From Candidatus Poribacteria bacterium (GTDB lineage: Bacteria > Poribacteria > WGA-4E > PCPOR2b): a stretch of DNA of 64,000 nucleotides. The translations under genes were made by a program, and so were the position numbers. Shown here one piece after another: positions 49,392 through 59,751 of this stretch (the stretch's first letter is position 1; the number at the start of each line of letters is the position of its first letter). The stretch spans positions 3,072,001 through 3,136,000 of the forward strand of contig OZ242351.1 in NCBI GenBank assembly GCA_965208675.1, read 5' to 3'. Under the pieces are notes generated by a model. The model was not told the DNA's origin and searched no databases. It saw only the letters and a program-made list of their open reading frames with translations.

Positions 49392-50270
49392 ATGAAAAAG
49401 GGGAGTCGCCCTGAAACCCATCCCGTCCTGCAATCGAGGCTTAGTTTTGTGGAACGGCGAATGCATCGTGCGCGTCGGCAGCTCAAAAGGCGAACGCGGC
49501 GTGCCTTGGTACCGCTTGACATTCAAGAATCCGTCGGTATTTCCCAAATCAAAGGGGATGTGCTAATCGTCAGCGACAATCCTCACGTACAACAAAAGGT
49601 TGAGACGACGCTGCAGTCCGAAACTTATCAATGCGACATCGCCCAAAATGGAATCGAAGCCATCGGGTATATGAAGCTGGGAAATTACCGAATGGTCGTG
49701 TTGGATCGAACCCGCCGCGGACGGTCTCAGGTTTTCCGCTATATCGAACGCTACCGTCCGCATATCAAGGTAATCTCGATAGTAAATGACGAGAACCGCG
49801 CACGGGAATCCATGGCGTTCGGCGGATATAGTTTTCTGCTGGGCACTGAATTTGATCCGGAGCAGTTGCGGACGTGCTTAACCAGCTCCCTTCAACTCAA
49901 TCACCGGGTATGCCACGTCTTGGCAAGCGGACAGCCGTGCAACCGTTCCTGCATCAACAATTATCAATGGGCAACCGATTTCCAAGAAATGCAATACGAA
50001 AGACAGCTCGCGAGAGAAACACCACCCGAAACCGAAATGGAACACGTAGACCAAGAAATTGATGACGTCGATCCCCTTCAAACCGAACAGTCCGATTTCT
50101 TCGAAGAACTGGAGGAAGTGCATGACGAGGAGTTGATGGAAGTCGAGGAGGAGGAGATAGAAAAAATCCAAGAGGAGCGGATGGAGGAATTCGAACAAGA
50201 GGACGCTCAAGAGGAAGAGTCTTTGGAGCTAACCGGCGATGATTCCTCCTCCCAACATAACGGTAACTAG
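49392..50270 (+). CDS. Atypical receiver-domain protein with basic N-terminus, Cys cluster and acidic tail
   Basis: VLIVSDN, AQNGIEAI, MVVLD receiver-like core; CHV..PCNRSC; Glu-rich C-terminus. Confidence 0.6.
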   Translation: MKKGSRPETHPVLQSRLSFVERRMHRARRQLKRRTRRALVPLDIQESVGISQIKGDVLIVSDNPHVQQKVETTLQSETYQCDIAQNGIEAIGYMKLGNYRMVVLDRTRRGRSQVFRYIERYRPHIKVISIVNDENRARESMAFGGYSFLLGTEFDPEQLRTCLTSSLQLNHRVCHVLASGQPCNRSCINNYQWATDFQEMQYERQLARETPPETEMEHVDQEIDDVDPLQTEQSDFFEELEEVHDEELMEVEEEEIEKIQEERMEEFEQEDAQEEESLELTGDDSSSQHNGN

Positions 50271-50407
50271 ACGAGGTTTCCTATTTTACACTTATGACTT
50301 ACGCAAAACATAGTAGTAGGCACACTCCGTGTGCCGTAGTTTGCATTTGTTGCACCGACGCGCATATCTCCTAAACTGAACCAGTCAGACAAGAAGGAAC
50401 GACCAAG

Positions 50408-51745
50408 ATGAGTCAGCCAGCCAAGCCCTTTGTATTCGTTACACTCCAAGGTCCCGACGACGGCGGAGACTTCGGCCCAAATACATCCGGAACGAAAACC
50501 GGCGGCATTCAGGAAGCCCTCGACTACGCCCATAAACACTGCCGAGATGTCTATATTGTGGGCGGACGCGGCGGCACACATGAAGGTGAAGGTATTCCGG
50601 ACAACATCTATACGCTCGACGAGACCTTACGCGTGCCGTGGAGCCAGGATTTCAAGGTCGATAGCGGCAATCCCCTACTTTATTACCGCAAGGACAGCGG
50701 GCACGCAATTGAAATCGACAGCCAGATGAATTGCCGGTACAAGTTCGGTCTCATCGCCTCAAACTCCTGCGATGCGGTCGTTTGCATCAAGCCCAAATCA
50801 CCGGGACCCGACGATATGAAGGTCGTTACCGCCTGCGTATTCGACTTTTCGGCAATCGTCACCGGGCACCCGGATGCAGACGCGCTCCTGATTGATTCGT
50901 CCGAAGGCATGATTGTCAACAGCAAGATTTTTGCCGAGGAGACGAATACAATAAAGTGCGGCGTTCATCTCACCGACAACGGCGGAACTGGGCAATGGAT
51001 TAGCAACAACCAAATTGAAGTAATGTTCGGAAATCAGATGCACTCGAAGGGCGACTGCACCGGTTTGCAACTCGGCGAAGCCGGCTCGGCGAAAATCGTC
51101 CATAACCGGTTTGACATGTCCTTCCACGCACCGAGAGGCGCGCATTTCGATCCTGAGAAGGAACACCTTCCCAGTACAGCAGAGCGGCTAGTTACGCTGG
51201 ATAATTTCACTCCGCCAAACGCAATCGGCGCCGACATCCACGCCCAGCGAAACATGCTCACCCTCTCATTTTTCGGCCTTCGCGCGCCTGGCACCGATAT
51301 TATCTTCCAGCCGGATGCCAGAGATAACACGGTCATGGCGATGACGCTGCCCAACGGCGTCACCAACAATGCAACCTCGCCAACGAATCGCATCATCCCC
51401 AATTGGCCCGTTGGATTCGACGTTACGACGCCGGAATTCCCCGCTTCGGGAGAACCGCTCGTAAACACTACGTCTTATGCCGTACAAATCATCATTCTCA
51501 CTGCGGGCGAGATCGGCCGGTGGACAATCACAGACGCAGGCAGTACACCTCAGACCACGCCTTACAATCTCAGCCTAGTGGACAATCTTATGCGTCCGCC
51601 GCGCCCCATGCAGCCGCCGCGCCAATCGGAATCGGAAACCATCACCGGCGGCCTCTTCCCGGGGCAGACGCTCATTCTAAAACCCGGTGAACAGATTAGC
51701 TTCGATTACTCGAAACCGGCAACCTGGCGTTGGATGGCGCTCTGA
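50408..51745 (+). CDS. Hypothetical protein, possibly a parallel beta-helix
   Basis: TGGIQEALDYA N-terminal motif typical of pectin-lyase-like caps; Asn-rich beta pattern. Confidence 0.6.
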   Translation: MSQPAKPFVFVTLQGPDDGGDFGPNTSGTKTGGIQEALDYAHKHCRDVYIVGGRGGTHEGEGIPDNIYTLDETLRVPWSQDFKVDSGNPLLYYRKDSGHAIEIDSQMNCRYKFGLIASNSCDAVVCIKPKSPGPDDMKVVTACVFDFSAIVTGHPDADALLIDSSEGMIVNSKIFAEETNTIKCGVHLTDNGGTGQWISNNQIEVMFGNQMHSKGDCTGLQLGEAGSAKIVHNRFDMSFHAPRGAHFDPEKEHLPSTAERLVTLDNFTPPNAIGADIHAQRNMLTLSFFGLRAPGTDIIFQPDARDNTVMAMTLPNGVTNNATSPTNRIIPNWPVGFDVTTPEFPASGEPLVNTTSYAVQIIILTAGEIGRWTITDAGSTPQTTPYNLSLVDNLMRPPRPMQPPRQSESETITGGLFPGQTLILKPGEQISFDYSKPATWRWMAL

Positions 51746-51901
51746 TGACACCGATCGGGGATTCGACCGCTCGCACCAGTACCCAACCCTTACTCCCTAA
51801 TCAGTGGCGTTTGATTGTGCTTGCAATCCTTTATTGATGAGGCAATACCCAGGGAAAGAGTTGCTACTTTGCCGGCTACAACGGCTTGAAACCTACGTAT
51901 C

Positions 51902-53404
51902 ATGCTCGACAAGATTCGAAATGCCGCGATTCTACGTCATCCCTCGCCGGGCGCATATTTCGATCTTGCTATCCATATCGGGTTTCTCATCTTCGTTCTT
52001 GCACTTCCGTTCGGCCATTCAACAATCGTACTCTATGCCGGACTAACGCTTGCTCTGCTCGGATGGATAGGGCGAATCTGCCGCGAACGCAAATTCGTTT
52101 GGAAACGGACACCTTTGGACATACCGGTCGCCCTATTTCTCGGGCTCGCGCTAGTTGGTTCGTTCTTTGCGCCAAATCCATCCAGTAGCAGTCTCGGCTA
52201 CTTCTGGAAACTGCTTCGTGCGGTATTGCTGTTCTATGCGGTAATTCACAGCCGTCTCGGCGAACGATGGCGCTATATGGTTTTTGCATTCCTCTTCGCT
52301 GGCGGGCTGTCTGCCGTGCTCGGTCTCTGGTACTATTTCAACGGCACGAATATGGGCGTAGTGCGGCTGTTTAGTGTCGATGCCACACTTCAAAGCGGCA
52401 CCGGCGAGAAGTTGCCCTCAGTGGACTGGCAGCGGGCGTTTGAAAATAACGGCCGCCGATTGTCACAAAATGCCTCCATTTCTCCCTCAAACAAGGACGC
52501 CGAATGGGTAATGAAGGACGAGGAAAACAACCGAAAATACATTGTCAGGAATAGTCGTGAACAACTCGATATCTACTATGTTGAGCCTCGCCTCGCCGGG
52601 ACGTTTAAGATGCCCAACGATTTGGGCGCCTATTTGGTAATAGTCGTCCCTATCGCAATGGGGTATCTCATCTCGGCTTGGCGTACTCGCCGAAACAAGG
52701 ACGGAAGGATATCTATACACTGGGGTTGGATTGTGTCTCTCGGCTTTCTCTTGTGCGTAATGGGAGCGAACTTAGCGCTTACACTTACGCGGGCGGCATG
52801 GGTCGCCGTTTTTTTCGCGGCGGTTTATATGGCAATCTGTTTTAAACGGCGGTTATTGTGGGGACTGCTGATTCTCGCCGTGCTGTCGCCGTTTTTCATG
52901 CCCCAAGATGTCAAAGATCGATTCAAAACAGTATGGCAGCGCCCCTCGGGTTTTATGAGCGAACGTCCGCAATGGTGGAAAACCTCTGCCCAACTGATTG
53001 CGAAGTATCCGATAACCGGAATCGGCTTAGGCAGATTCCGTCATGAATACAAATTGCACGGACCGCCGGACATGTACCATGAACCGTACCATGCGCATAA
53101 CATCTATCTGCACATTGCTGTTGAACAGGGAATTCCATCGCTGCTCCTATTTTTCTGGATGCTTTTCCTAATCTTTCGCCGACTCTTCGCCTTACGCAAA
53201 AACGGCGGTTTTTGGCGTTCCGGCTTATACATCGGAGGCAGCGGGTTCCTGATTTCCGCCTTAATCTACGGCCTTGCAGACCATATTCTGCACCAGCGGC
53301 CGCTACTAATGTTCTGGTTCATTATCGGCATCGTCTTTTACGTGACGTCTCAAAGTATCGAAAGCGAAAGTGAAACGCCGTTTACTAAGGCGCGGATAGC
53401 TTGA
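51902..53404 (+). CDS. O-antigen ligase (Wzy_C) family membrane protein
   Basis: RLAGTFKMPNDLG, LTLTRAAW, PITGIGLG, HAHNIYLHIAVEQG. Confidence 0.9.
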   Translation: MLDKIRNAAILRHPSPGAYFDLAIHIGFLIFVLALPFGHSTIVLYAGLTLALLGWIGRICRERKFVWKRTPLDIPVALFLGLALVGSFFAPNPSSSSLGYFWKLLRAVLLFYAVIHSRLGERWRYMVFAFLFAGGLSAVLGLWYYFNGTNMGVVRLFSVDATLQSGTGEKLPSVDWQRAFENNGRRLSQNASISPSNKDAEWVMKDEENNRKYIVRNSREQLDIYYVEPRLAGTFKMPNDLGAYLVIVVPIAMGYLISAWRTRRNKDGRISIHWGWIVSLGFLLCVMGANLALTLTRAAWVAVFFAAVYMAICFKRRLLWGLLILAVLSPFFMPQDVKDRFKTVWQRPSGFMSERPQWWKTSAQLIAKYPITGIGLGRFRHEYKLHGPPDMYHEPYHAHNIYLHIAVEQGIPSLLLFFWMLFLIFRRLFALRKNGGFWRSGLYIGGSGFLISALIYGLADHILHQRPLLMFWFIIGIVFYVTSQSIESESETPFTKARIA

Positions 53405-53639
53405 GACGCATGGCTGATGAAATTCAACACGGTTAGGATTTACGCAGTTGGACACGTGTACTATTTTTCCGTTCCGCCGGCCGGAGATTGGGCAGGCGCA
53501 AGACCTGCCCCTACACTTGGTTTATTCCCTGTATGGGCAACCCTTGTGGTTGCCCTTGATTCCGAAGTGCGTAATTCCTAACGATGATTTCATTTTATCA
53601 AAAACGGTTTCACCAACTAAAGCAGTTGAAGGAGGTATT

Positions 53640-54770
53640 ATGCGCATCACTGTCCGTTTCAAACATTCGACTGGCATAAGATTTTTCCGCCGTATTTTGA
53701 AAAATATGCCACAATTTCGGTCACTTCTCGAAAAGGCGTCCCACTCGATGTTAGTTGCCGCCGTCAGTATCGCATTCACAAGTGCACCGCCGATATATGC
53801 CCATCAGGGAATGCACAGCGGAGATACGCGTATCCTACCGTTAGGCGCCAAACTGAAAAAACTGTTCGACGGCGCGTTTTTCACGGAAGGCGGCGCTGTT
53901 GCGCCGGATGGGGCGGTCTATTTCAGCGACATTACGTTCACCTATCAAACGGATATGCAGGCGGGGCATATTTGGAAATACGATCCAAGCACCGGCAATA
54001 CCACCATTTTCCGTTCGCCCAGCGGCATGTCCAACGGGATAAAATTTGATGCCGAAGGTCGTATGATTGTAGCCGAAGGTGCTGACTTTGGCGGACGCCG
54101 CGTGACTCGCACGGATATGGTGACGGGAAAAAGTACCATCATCGCCGGGCTATACGATGGCCGCCCATTCAACTCACCGAACGACATCACCATCGATGAA
54201 AAAGGGCGCATTTTCTTCAGCGATCCCCGCTACCTCGGACACGAACCGGTCGATCAGCCCGTCATGGGAGTGTATCGCATAGATACGGACGGATCTATCC
54301 ACCGCATCATCACAGATGCTGGAAAGCCGAATGGCGTCGCAATTTCGCCCGATCAAAAGACGCTGTACGTGGTCAGCCACGATAACGGTTTGATAGGTTT
54401 AGATCGGATTCCCGATGGCGCGCCAGTCCGCAAGGGGCGAATGGCGTTGCTGGCGTATGACCTCGCCCCGGACGGAACCGCTGCGTTTAGAAAAACCCTG
54501 GTTGACTACTATCCGGAATTTGGGCCCGACGGATTGGTTGTTGATGTGGACGGAAATCTCTATGTTGCCGAACGCAGCCATAAACGCCCGGGGATTGCTG
54601 TTCGTTCGCCGGAGGGGAAGGAACTCGAATTTATCCGAACCGCACCCGACCTGCCCACCAACGTCGCCTTCGGGCGCGGCGCAGAGCGCAAAACTTTATA
54701 CATCACGGCGGGAAAGAGCCTCTACAAAATTGACCTCATGAAGGAAGGATATCACCTACCGTCGAATTAG
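53640..54770 (+). CDS. SMP-30/gluconolactonase family protein; start uncertain
   Basis: FTEGG, YFSDI, SNGIKFD, FNSPNDI, KPNGVAISPD, PDGLVVD, TNVAFG. Confidence 0.9.
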   Translation: MRITVRFKHSTGIRFFRRILKNMPQFRSLLEKASHSMLVAAVSIAFTSAPPIYAHQGMHSGDTRILPLGAKLKKLFDGAFFTEGGAVAPDGAVYFSDITFTYQTDMQAGHIWKYDPSTGNTTIFRSPSGMSNGIKFDAEGRMIVAEGADFGGRRVTRTDMVTGKSTIIAGLYDGRPFNSPNDITIDEKGRIFFSDPRYLGHEPVDQPVMGVYRIDTDGSIHRIITDAGKPNGVAISPDQKTLYVVSHDNGLIGLDRIPDGAPVRKGRMALLAYDLAPDGTAAFRKTLVDYYPEFGPDGLVVDVDGNLYVAERSHKRPGIAVRSPEGKELEFIRTAPDLPTNVAFGRGAERKTLYITAGKSLYKIDLMKEGYHLPSN

Positions 54771-54779
54771 GAAAAAAAT

Positions 54780-55859
54780 ATGCCGAATGAAAATCAAAGG
54801 ACAGCAACCGTTCTTTCTAAACAGGTAATCTGCAAACAGCGTGGGAAATATATCGGTTGGCCAACGGTCGCCAAGACGCGCCACGGCGAACTGCTTGTAG
54901 CCTTTTCCGGCGATCGGGATGCCCATCTCTGTCCGTGGGGAAAGACATATATGGTTAGAAGCAGGGACGACGGATCAACATGGACCGAGCCAGCACTGAT
55001 TAACAATACGCCGCTTGACGACCGGGATGCAGGCATTCTTCAAACGCAAAAGGGCACGCTGCTGCTGACATGGTTTTCCTCGACGCTATTCCAATCCGCG
55101 CACAAGTTCCCGCCTCGATTCAGGCGCCATGTTACCCCCGAAATGCTTACGTGTTGGAAACGGCATCAGGAAAAGGTTACCGCCGAGATTATTGAGGAGT
55201 GGCGTCATAGCTGGATTCGGCGTTCCGATGACGGCGGTGCAACCTGGGGTAATCTAATCAAATTGCCCGGACACGCACCGCACGGGCCAATCGAGCTATC
55301 AGACGGACGGCTTTTGTATGTCGGAAGCAGAGGGCACTGGGTCGCTGAGTCCACAGACGACGGGCGGACATGGAAAAAAATCGGAAGCATCCCCCGCTCC
55401 GCCAGTCTCTCCGCGGTTCTTGATGAACCGCATGCCGTTGAAGCCGCTGACGGAAAACTCCTCACCCTGTTTCGCTACGAACCGCCGCAAGCCGATCAAC
55501 GGTTCATGCACCAATCGGAAAGCACGGACGGCGGAAAAACTTGGTCAACCGCCCATCCCACCACTATATGGGCGGACAATCCGCCCCATTTAATCCGCTT
55601 GAAAGACAATCGCCTCCTTGTTGTATACGGCAGACGAACACCGCCCTACGGTCAGCGCGCATGCGTTAGCCATGATGATGGCGGCGCCGCTTGGGACTCG
55701 GAGAACGAAATTATCCTCGGCGAGGCTCCCAATAACGACTTAGGCTATCCCGCCTCAGTTCAATTGGACGATGGTTCTATCCTGACAGTCTACTACCAAC
55801 CCGACAGCCCCGACGAAAAACCGTGTCTCATGGGCACCTATTGGCGCTTAGAACCCTAA
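54780..55859 (+). CDS. BNR/Asp-box sialidase-family protein
   Basis: Asp boxes SRDDGSTW, SDDGGATW, STDDGRTW, STDGGKTW, SHDDGGAAW; DLGYPASVQLDDGSILTVYY. Confidence 0.88.
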   Translation: MPNENQRTATVLSKQVICKQRGKYIGWPTVAKTRHGELLVAFSGDRDAHLCPWGKTYMVRSRDDGSTWTEPALINNTPLDDRDAGILQTQKGTLLLTWFSSTLFQSAHKFPPRFRRHVTPEMLTCWKRHQEKVTAEIIEEWRHSWIRRSDDGGATWGNLIKLPGHAPHGPIELSDGRLLYVGSRGHWVAESTDDGRTWKKIGSIPRSASLSAVLDEPHAVEAADGKLLTLFRYEPPQADQRFMHQSESTDGGKTWSTAHPTTIWADNPPHLIRLKDNRLLVVYGRRTPPYGQRACVSHDDGGAAWDSENEIILGEAPNNDLGYPASVQLDDGSILTVYYQPDSPDEKPCLMGTYWRLEP

Positions 55860-56393
55860 TGCATCGCAGCATTTTGAATCATCTCACTATTCCTTCGGCA
55901 CTGCCCACCTATGTAGATTTATAGTCATTGCGACTAAAAATTATACATTTGCTCGACTGAAAATTGCTAAATTTAACGGATGGCAAAGGTGTCCCCATGA
56001 GCGGGATTGTGTCCCCGTGGACACTCCCCTCCAAACGCCAAATGTCAATTGATTTTCGCATCTGAAGAATGCCTGAAAGCCGGCTCAAACACTCGCTCCG
56101 CGGCACATCCGGCGCCCCGCGGAATGCGTCGGTTTCGATATGCCGAAAAGTGTCCTTTTGTGCCCTTTTGTGTCCTAAAATCGAGGTTTCAATTTTCGGA
56201 CACTTTTCACGGTTCAGGGTGCCTCTCCGATTTACGCTCATAAAAAAAGCGAGGGTGCACGTCATACAGCGCCCCTCGCCTCGCCGTTAAAATTATTTTA
56301 ATGTCCTAAACATCAAGCAGACCGGATTCTTGTAAGATTATACGGAACGGTTATTTTGATTGTCAAGGAAAAATATTGGCAGCCGTCTGAACC

Positions 56394-57302
56394 GTGATTT
56401 GTGTGATTGAATGATGGGCTGTGATTAAAGTTTTTGTAGGTTGGGTAGAGCGGGGCTGATGAATCATGTGAATTTTGAGACATGAGGTTGTGGAATTGAT
56501 TGAGTTCAAGATTTGGTAGCGCGCAGCGAAACCCAACGCTTTTGTAACGTCGCAAGGGTTAAAAAGCGTTGGGTTTCGCTACATGTAATTTGCAAAGAGC
56601 ATTGTCTTGGTTACTAAACCGTCATAGCAATCGGAACGGTTTTGGTATTACCCGCTCTACCCAACCTACAAAGACTGTGATTTGTGTGATTAAATGATGG
56701 ACTGTGATTAACGGCGAATGTGTCGCGATTCGGAAATCGCTCCTACAGGCGGTAGATTCCGGTAGGAGGGAATTCCGATTCCCGACAATATGTATATAAC
56801 CCCCTCTAGCTCCCCTTTGGTAAGGGGGAGGATTAAACTGAAAAACAACGTCGCGATTCGGAGATCGCTCCTACCGGGCGTTGAATCCTGGTTAGGAGGG
56901 AATTCCGATTCCCGACGGGCTGTCAACAACCCCCTCTAACTCCCCCTTGGTAAGGGGGAGGATTTTCTGTTTTTATTCCCCTCCTTAACAAGGAGGGGTT
57001 AGGGGAGGTTAATATGCACCTAAATTCTACTGGACGGGATAAAGGAACACACAGTTTTTGCAGGTTGGGTAGAGCGGGTTTGATGAAATATGTGGATTAT
57101 GAGACATGGGTTGGTATCTTGATTGGGTTCAAGAATTATTAGTGCGCAGCGAAACCCAACGATCAACTGAGCGAATAGCGAAGGCGATAGTCTTATCCGA
57201 ACCGCCTCCAACAAACCGAACTCGCCGCAGTTTCCAAAAGCGTTGGGTTTCGGAAAGACTATCGCCTTCGCTATTCGCTCAGTTGATCTCTACCCAACCT
57301 AC
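56394..57302. repeat. Mosaic REP/BIME-like cluster
   Basis: Units at 56436-56537, 56568-56669, 57060-57160 and 57242-57302; 35-bp direct repeat at 56394/56677; 128-bp-period module at 56722/56850; perfect 34-bp inverted repeat 57161-57194/57255-57288. Confidence 0.85.
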
Positions 57303-57335
57303 AAAAACTCGGTTTCTCACTCCGATCGTGCAGTG

Positions 57336-59552
57336 CTACTTGACAATAACCATGCGCCGTAGCGCGGTATACTCACCCGCGTCGAGTTGAATATAATAAG
57401 CGCCGCTTGTGACGGGTTCGCCGTTTTGGTTGCGGCCGTCCCAATACGCTGCGTTTGCTTTGTCTCGATAGACGCCCGACCCTTGATGCCCAATGTCGAG
57501 GGTGCGGACGATATGACCGCTCTGGTCGTAGATGCTCAAAGTGACGTAAGTATCGTTTGCCAACTGGTACGGTATCCAAGTCTCTGGGTTGAACGGATTC
57601 GGATAGTTCTGCAGCAACGCCGTGCGTTTGATGTTTCCCAGCGCCGTTGTGAGTCTTTCCAACGGTTCCACCGCTAATTGGATTGAAGACTCAACTTCCC
57701 AAAGCAACACGGTGCCGTCCCAGCTCGCACTGGCAAGCGTGCGCCCATCGGGACTAAACGCAATGCTATTTACAGCATACTTGTGCCCAGCGAGCGTTCG
57801 CAGATGCTCTCCTGTAATAGCGTTCCACAATCGTATAGTGCGGTCTGCACTCCCACTAGCTAATGCGCGTCCATCGGGGCTGAACGCAACGCTCAAGACC
57901 TCTTCCGTATGCCCATTGAGTGTTAACAGATGTTTTCCGGTATCAGCGTTCCATAATCGGATGGTACGGTCTCCGCTCCCACTAGCAATGTTGCGTCCAT
58001 CAGGGCTGAACGCAACGCTATTGACCGCATCCGTGTGCCCATCAAGCGTTCGCAGATGTTTTCCGGTATCAGCGTCCCACAATCGGATGGTACGGTCTCC
58101 GCTCCCACTAGCAATGTTGCGTCCATCAGGGCTGAACGCAACGCTATTGACCGCATTCGTATGCCCATCAAGCGTTCGCAGGTGTTTTCCGGTATCAGCG
58201 TCCCACAATCGGATGGTACGGTCTCCGCTCCCACTAGCAATGTTGCGTCCATCAGGGCTGAACGCAACGCTATTGACCGCATCCGTATGCCCATCAAGCG
58301 TTCGCAGGTGTTTTCCCCTATGGACGTCCCACAAGCGGACACTGTTCCTACTCTGACCTGCAAGTATGTCTGCATCGGGGCTAAACGCTACACTACTGAC
58401 CCTAGACTTATGTCCTGTCAGTGTTCGCGTGAGCCTTCCCATATCAGCGTCCCAAAGTCGGATTATATTATCCCCACTCCCACTTGCAAGCATTCCAGTT
58501 TCGGAAGCGAACGCAACGCTATCAACCCCAGGCATATGCCCGTTCAGTGTTCGCAGGCGATTACCAGTATCGGCGTCCCAAAAACGGACGGTAGCGTCGA
58601 AACTCCCGCTAGCGATGGTGCGTCCATCGGGACTGAACGCAATGCTCAAGATCGATTTCGCATGCCCTTCTAGTGTTTGTAGATGTTTTCCGTTATGTGC
58701 GTCCCACAAGCGGATAGTTCTGTCCCAACTCCCACTCGCGAGTGTCTGTCCATCGGGGCTGAACGCAATGTCATCAATCTCACGCGTATGTCCGTTAAGT
58801 GTTCGCCGGTGTTTTCCTGTGTCTGCGTCCCACAGGCGGAGGGTACGGTCCCAACTCCCGCTTGCTAGAATAGCGTTATTGGGACTGAATGCAAGGCTAT
58901 CGACAATACCTGTATGTCCGTTGAGTGTTTGCAGATGTAATCCGTTATGGGCGTCCCACAGGCGGATAGTTCTGTCCCAACTCCCACTCGCGAGTGTGGC
59001 GCTATCGGGACTGAACGTTACGCTAGCGACCGGATCCATATGCCCGTTGAGTGTTCCTCGGTGTTTTCCTGTATCGATTTCCCACAGGCGGATAGTAAGG
59101 TCCATACTCCCGCTTGCGAGTGTGGCGTTATTGGGACTGAACGCAATGCTGGCGACCGGACCTGTATGCCCTTTGAGCGTTCGTAGGTGTTTTCCCGAAT
59201 CGGTGTCCCACAATCGGATAGTTCGCCCACCTCCACTAGCGATGATGCGTCCGTCGGGACTGAATGCTAAGCTATTGACCGCATTTGTATGCCCGGTAAG
59301 CAAGGCGACGACTTCTCGACGGTTTGCCGTATCGTAAAGCCATACGCCGATACCGCTAGCGACCGCAAGTCGCGTGCCATCGGGCGAATATCGTATCTCA
59401 CTTATCGAACCCTTCCCTAAGCGCGCTTTAGCGCCCTCGGGCAACCCCCATTGCGTAGAGTCTTGGGCAATGCTAAACGGTAGACATAGAACGGATAGGA
59501 ATAATAAGCTAGACTTTAACACTATTACTTTCTTCATTTGAATAATGTCCAT
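57336..59552 (-). CDS. Secreted WD40-repeat protein (about 14 blades) with C-terminal FlgD/T9SS-like sorting domain
   Basis: Signal peptide; GH..V.S.AFSPDG..LASGS.D.TIRLWD repeats; LLQNYPNPFNPETWIPYQL...YWDGRNQNGEPVTSGAY. Confidence 0.95.
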   Translation of the reverse strand: MDIIQMKKVIVLKSSLLFLSVLCLPFSIAQDSTQWGLPEGAKARLGKGSISEIRYSPDGTRLAVASGIGVWLYDTANRREVVALLTGHTNAVNSLAFSPDGRIIASGGGRTIRLWDTDSGKHLRTLKGHTGPVASIAFSPNNATLASGSMDLTIRLWEIDTGKHRGTLNGHMDPVASVTFSPDSATLASGSWDRTIRLWDAHNGLHLQTLNGHTGIVDSLAFSPNNAILASGSWDRTLRLWDADTGKHRRTLNGHTREIDDIAFSPDGQTLASGSWDRTIRLWDAHNGKHLQTLEGHAKSILSIAFSPDGRTIASGSFDATVRFWDADTGNRLRTLNGHMPGVDSVAFASETGMLASGSGDNIIRLWDADMGRLTRTLTGHKSRVSSVAFSPDADILAGQSRNSVRLWDVHRGKHLRTLDGHTDAVNSVAFSPDGRNIASGSGDRTIRLWDADTGKHLRTLDGHTNAVNSVAFSPDGRNIASGSGDRTIRLWDADTGKHLRTLDGHTDAVNSVAFSPDGRNIASGSGDRTIRLWNADTGKHLLTLNGHTEEVLSVAFSPDGRALASGSADRTIRLWNAITGEHLRTLAGHKYAVNSIAFSPDGRTLASASWDGTVLLWEVESSIQLAVEPLERLTTALGNIKRTALLQNYPNPFNPETWIPYQLANDTYVTLSIYDQSGHIVRTLDIGHQGSGVYRDKANAAYWDGRNQNGEPVTSGAYYIQLDAGEYTALRRMVIVK
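57931..58316. repeat. Three near-identical 126-bp tandem repeats (WD40 blades)
   Basis: Units start at 57931, 58057 and 58183 and differ by only a few bases. Confidence 0.9.
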
Positions 59553-59751
59553 ATTCTAGTTAAGGGGTTAATTCTCTATGACATAGAAGAATAGAATTGG
59601 GTTGAGTGTGAATTTACACACCCAACCCGAGTTTGAGCGCCTGATGATACTACCGAAACAATAACCCGCCGATTTATCAACATGAGAGTTGCCGCGACAA
59701 GACGAGACGTTTCGTCAACAGCGCTGTTTATTGTCTAGGTTAATTCTACGG

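Noticed and set aside
56394-57302. Possible CRISPR array
   Set aside because: Repeats are inverted, from several families and irregularly spaced, and no cas genes are present; this fits REP/BIME clusters.
57622-59337. Long + strand and alternate-frame ORFs with repeated sequence
   Set aside because: Antisense or frame shadows of the WD40 repeats.
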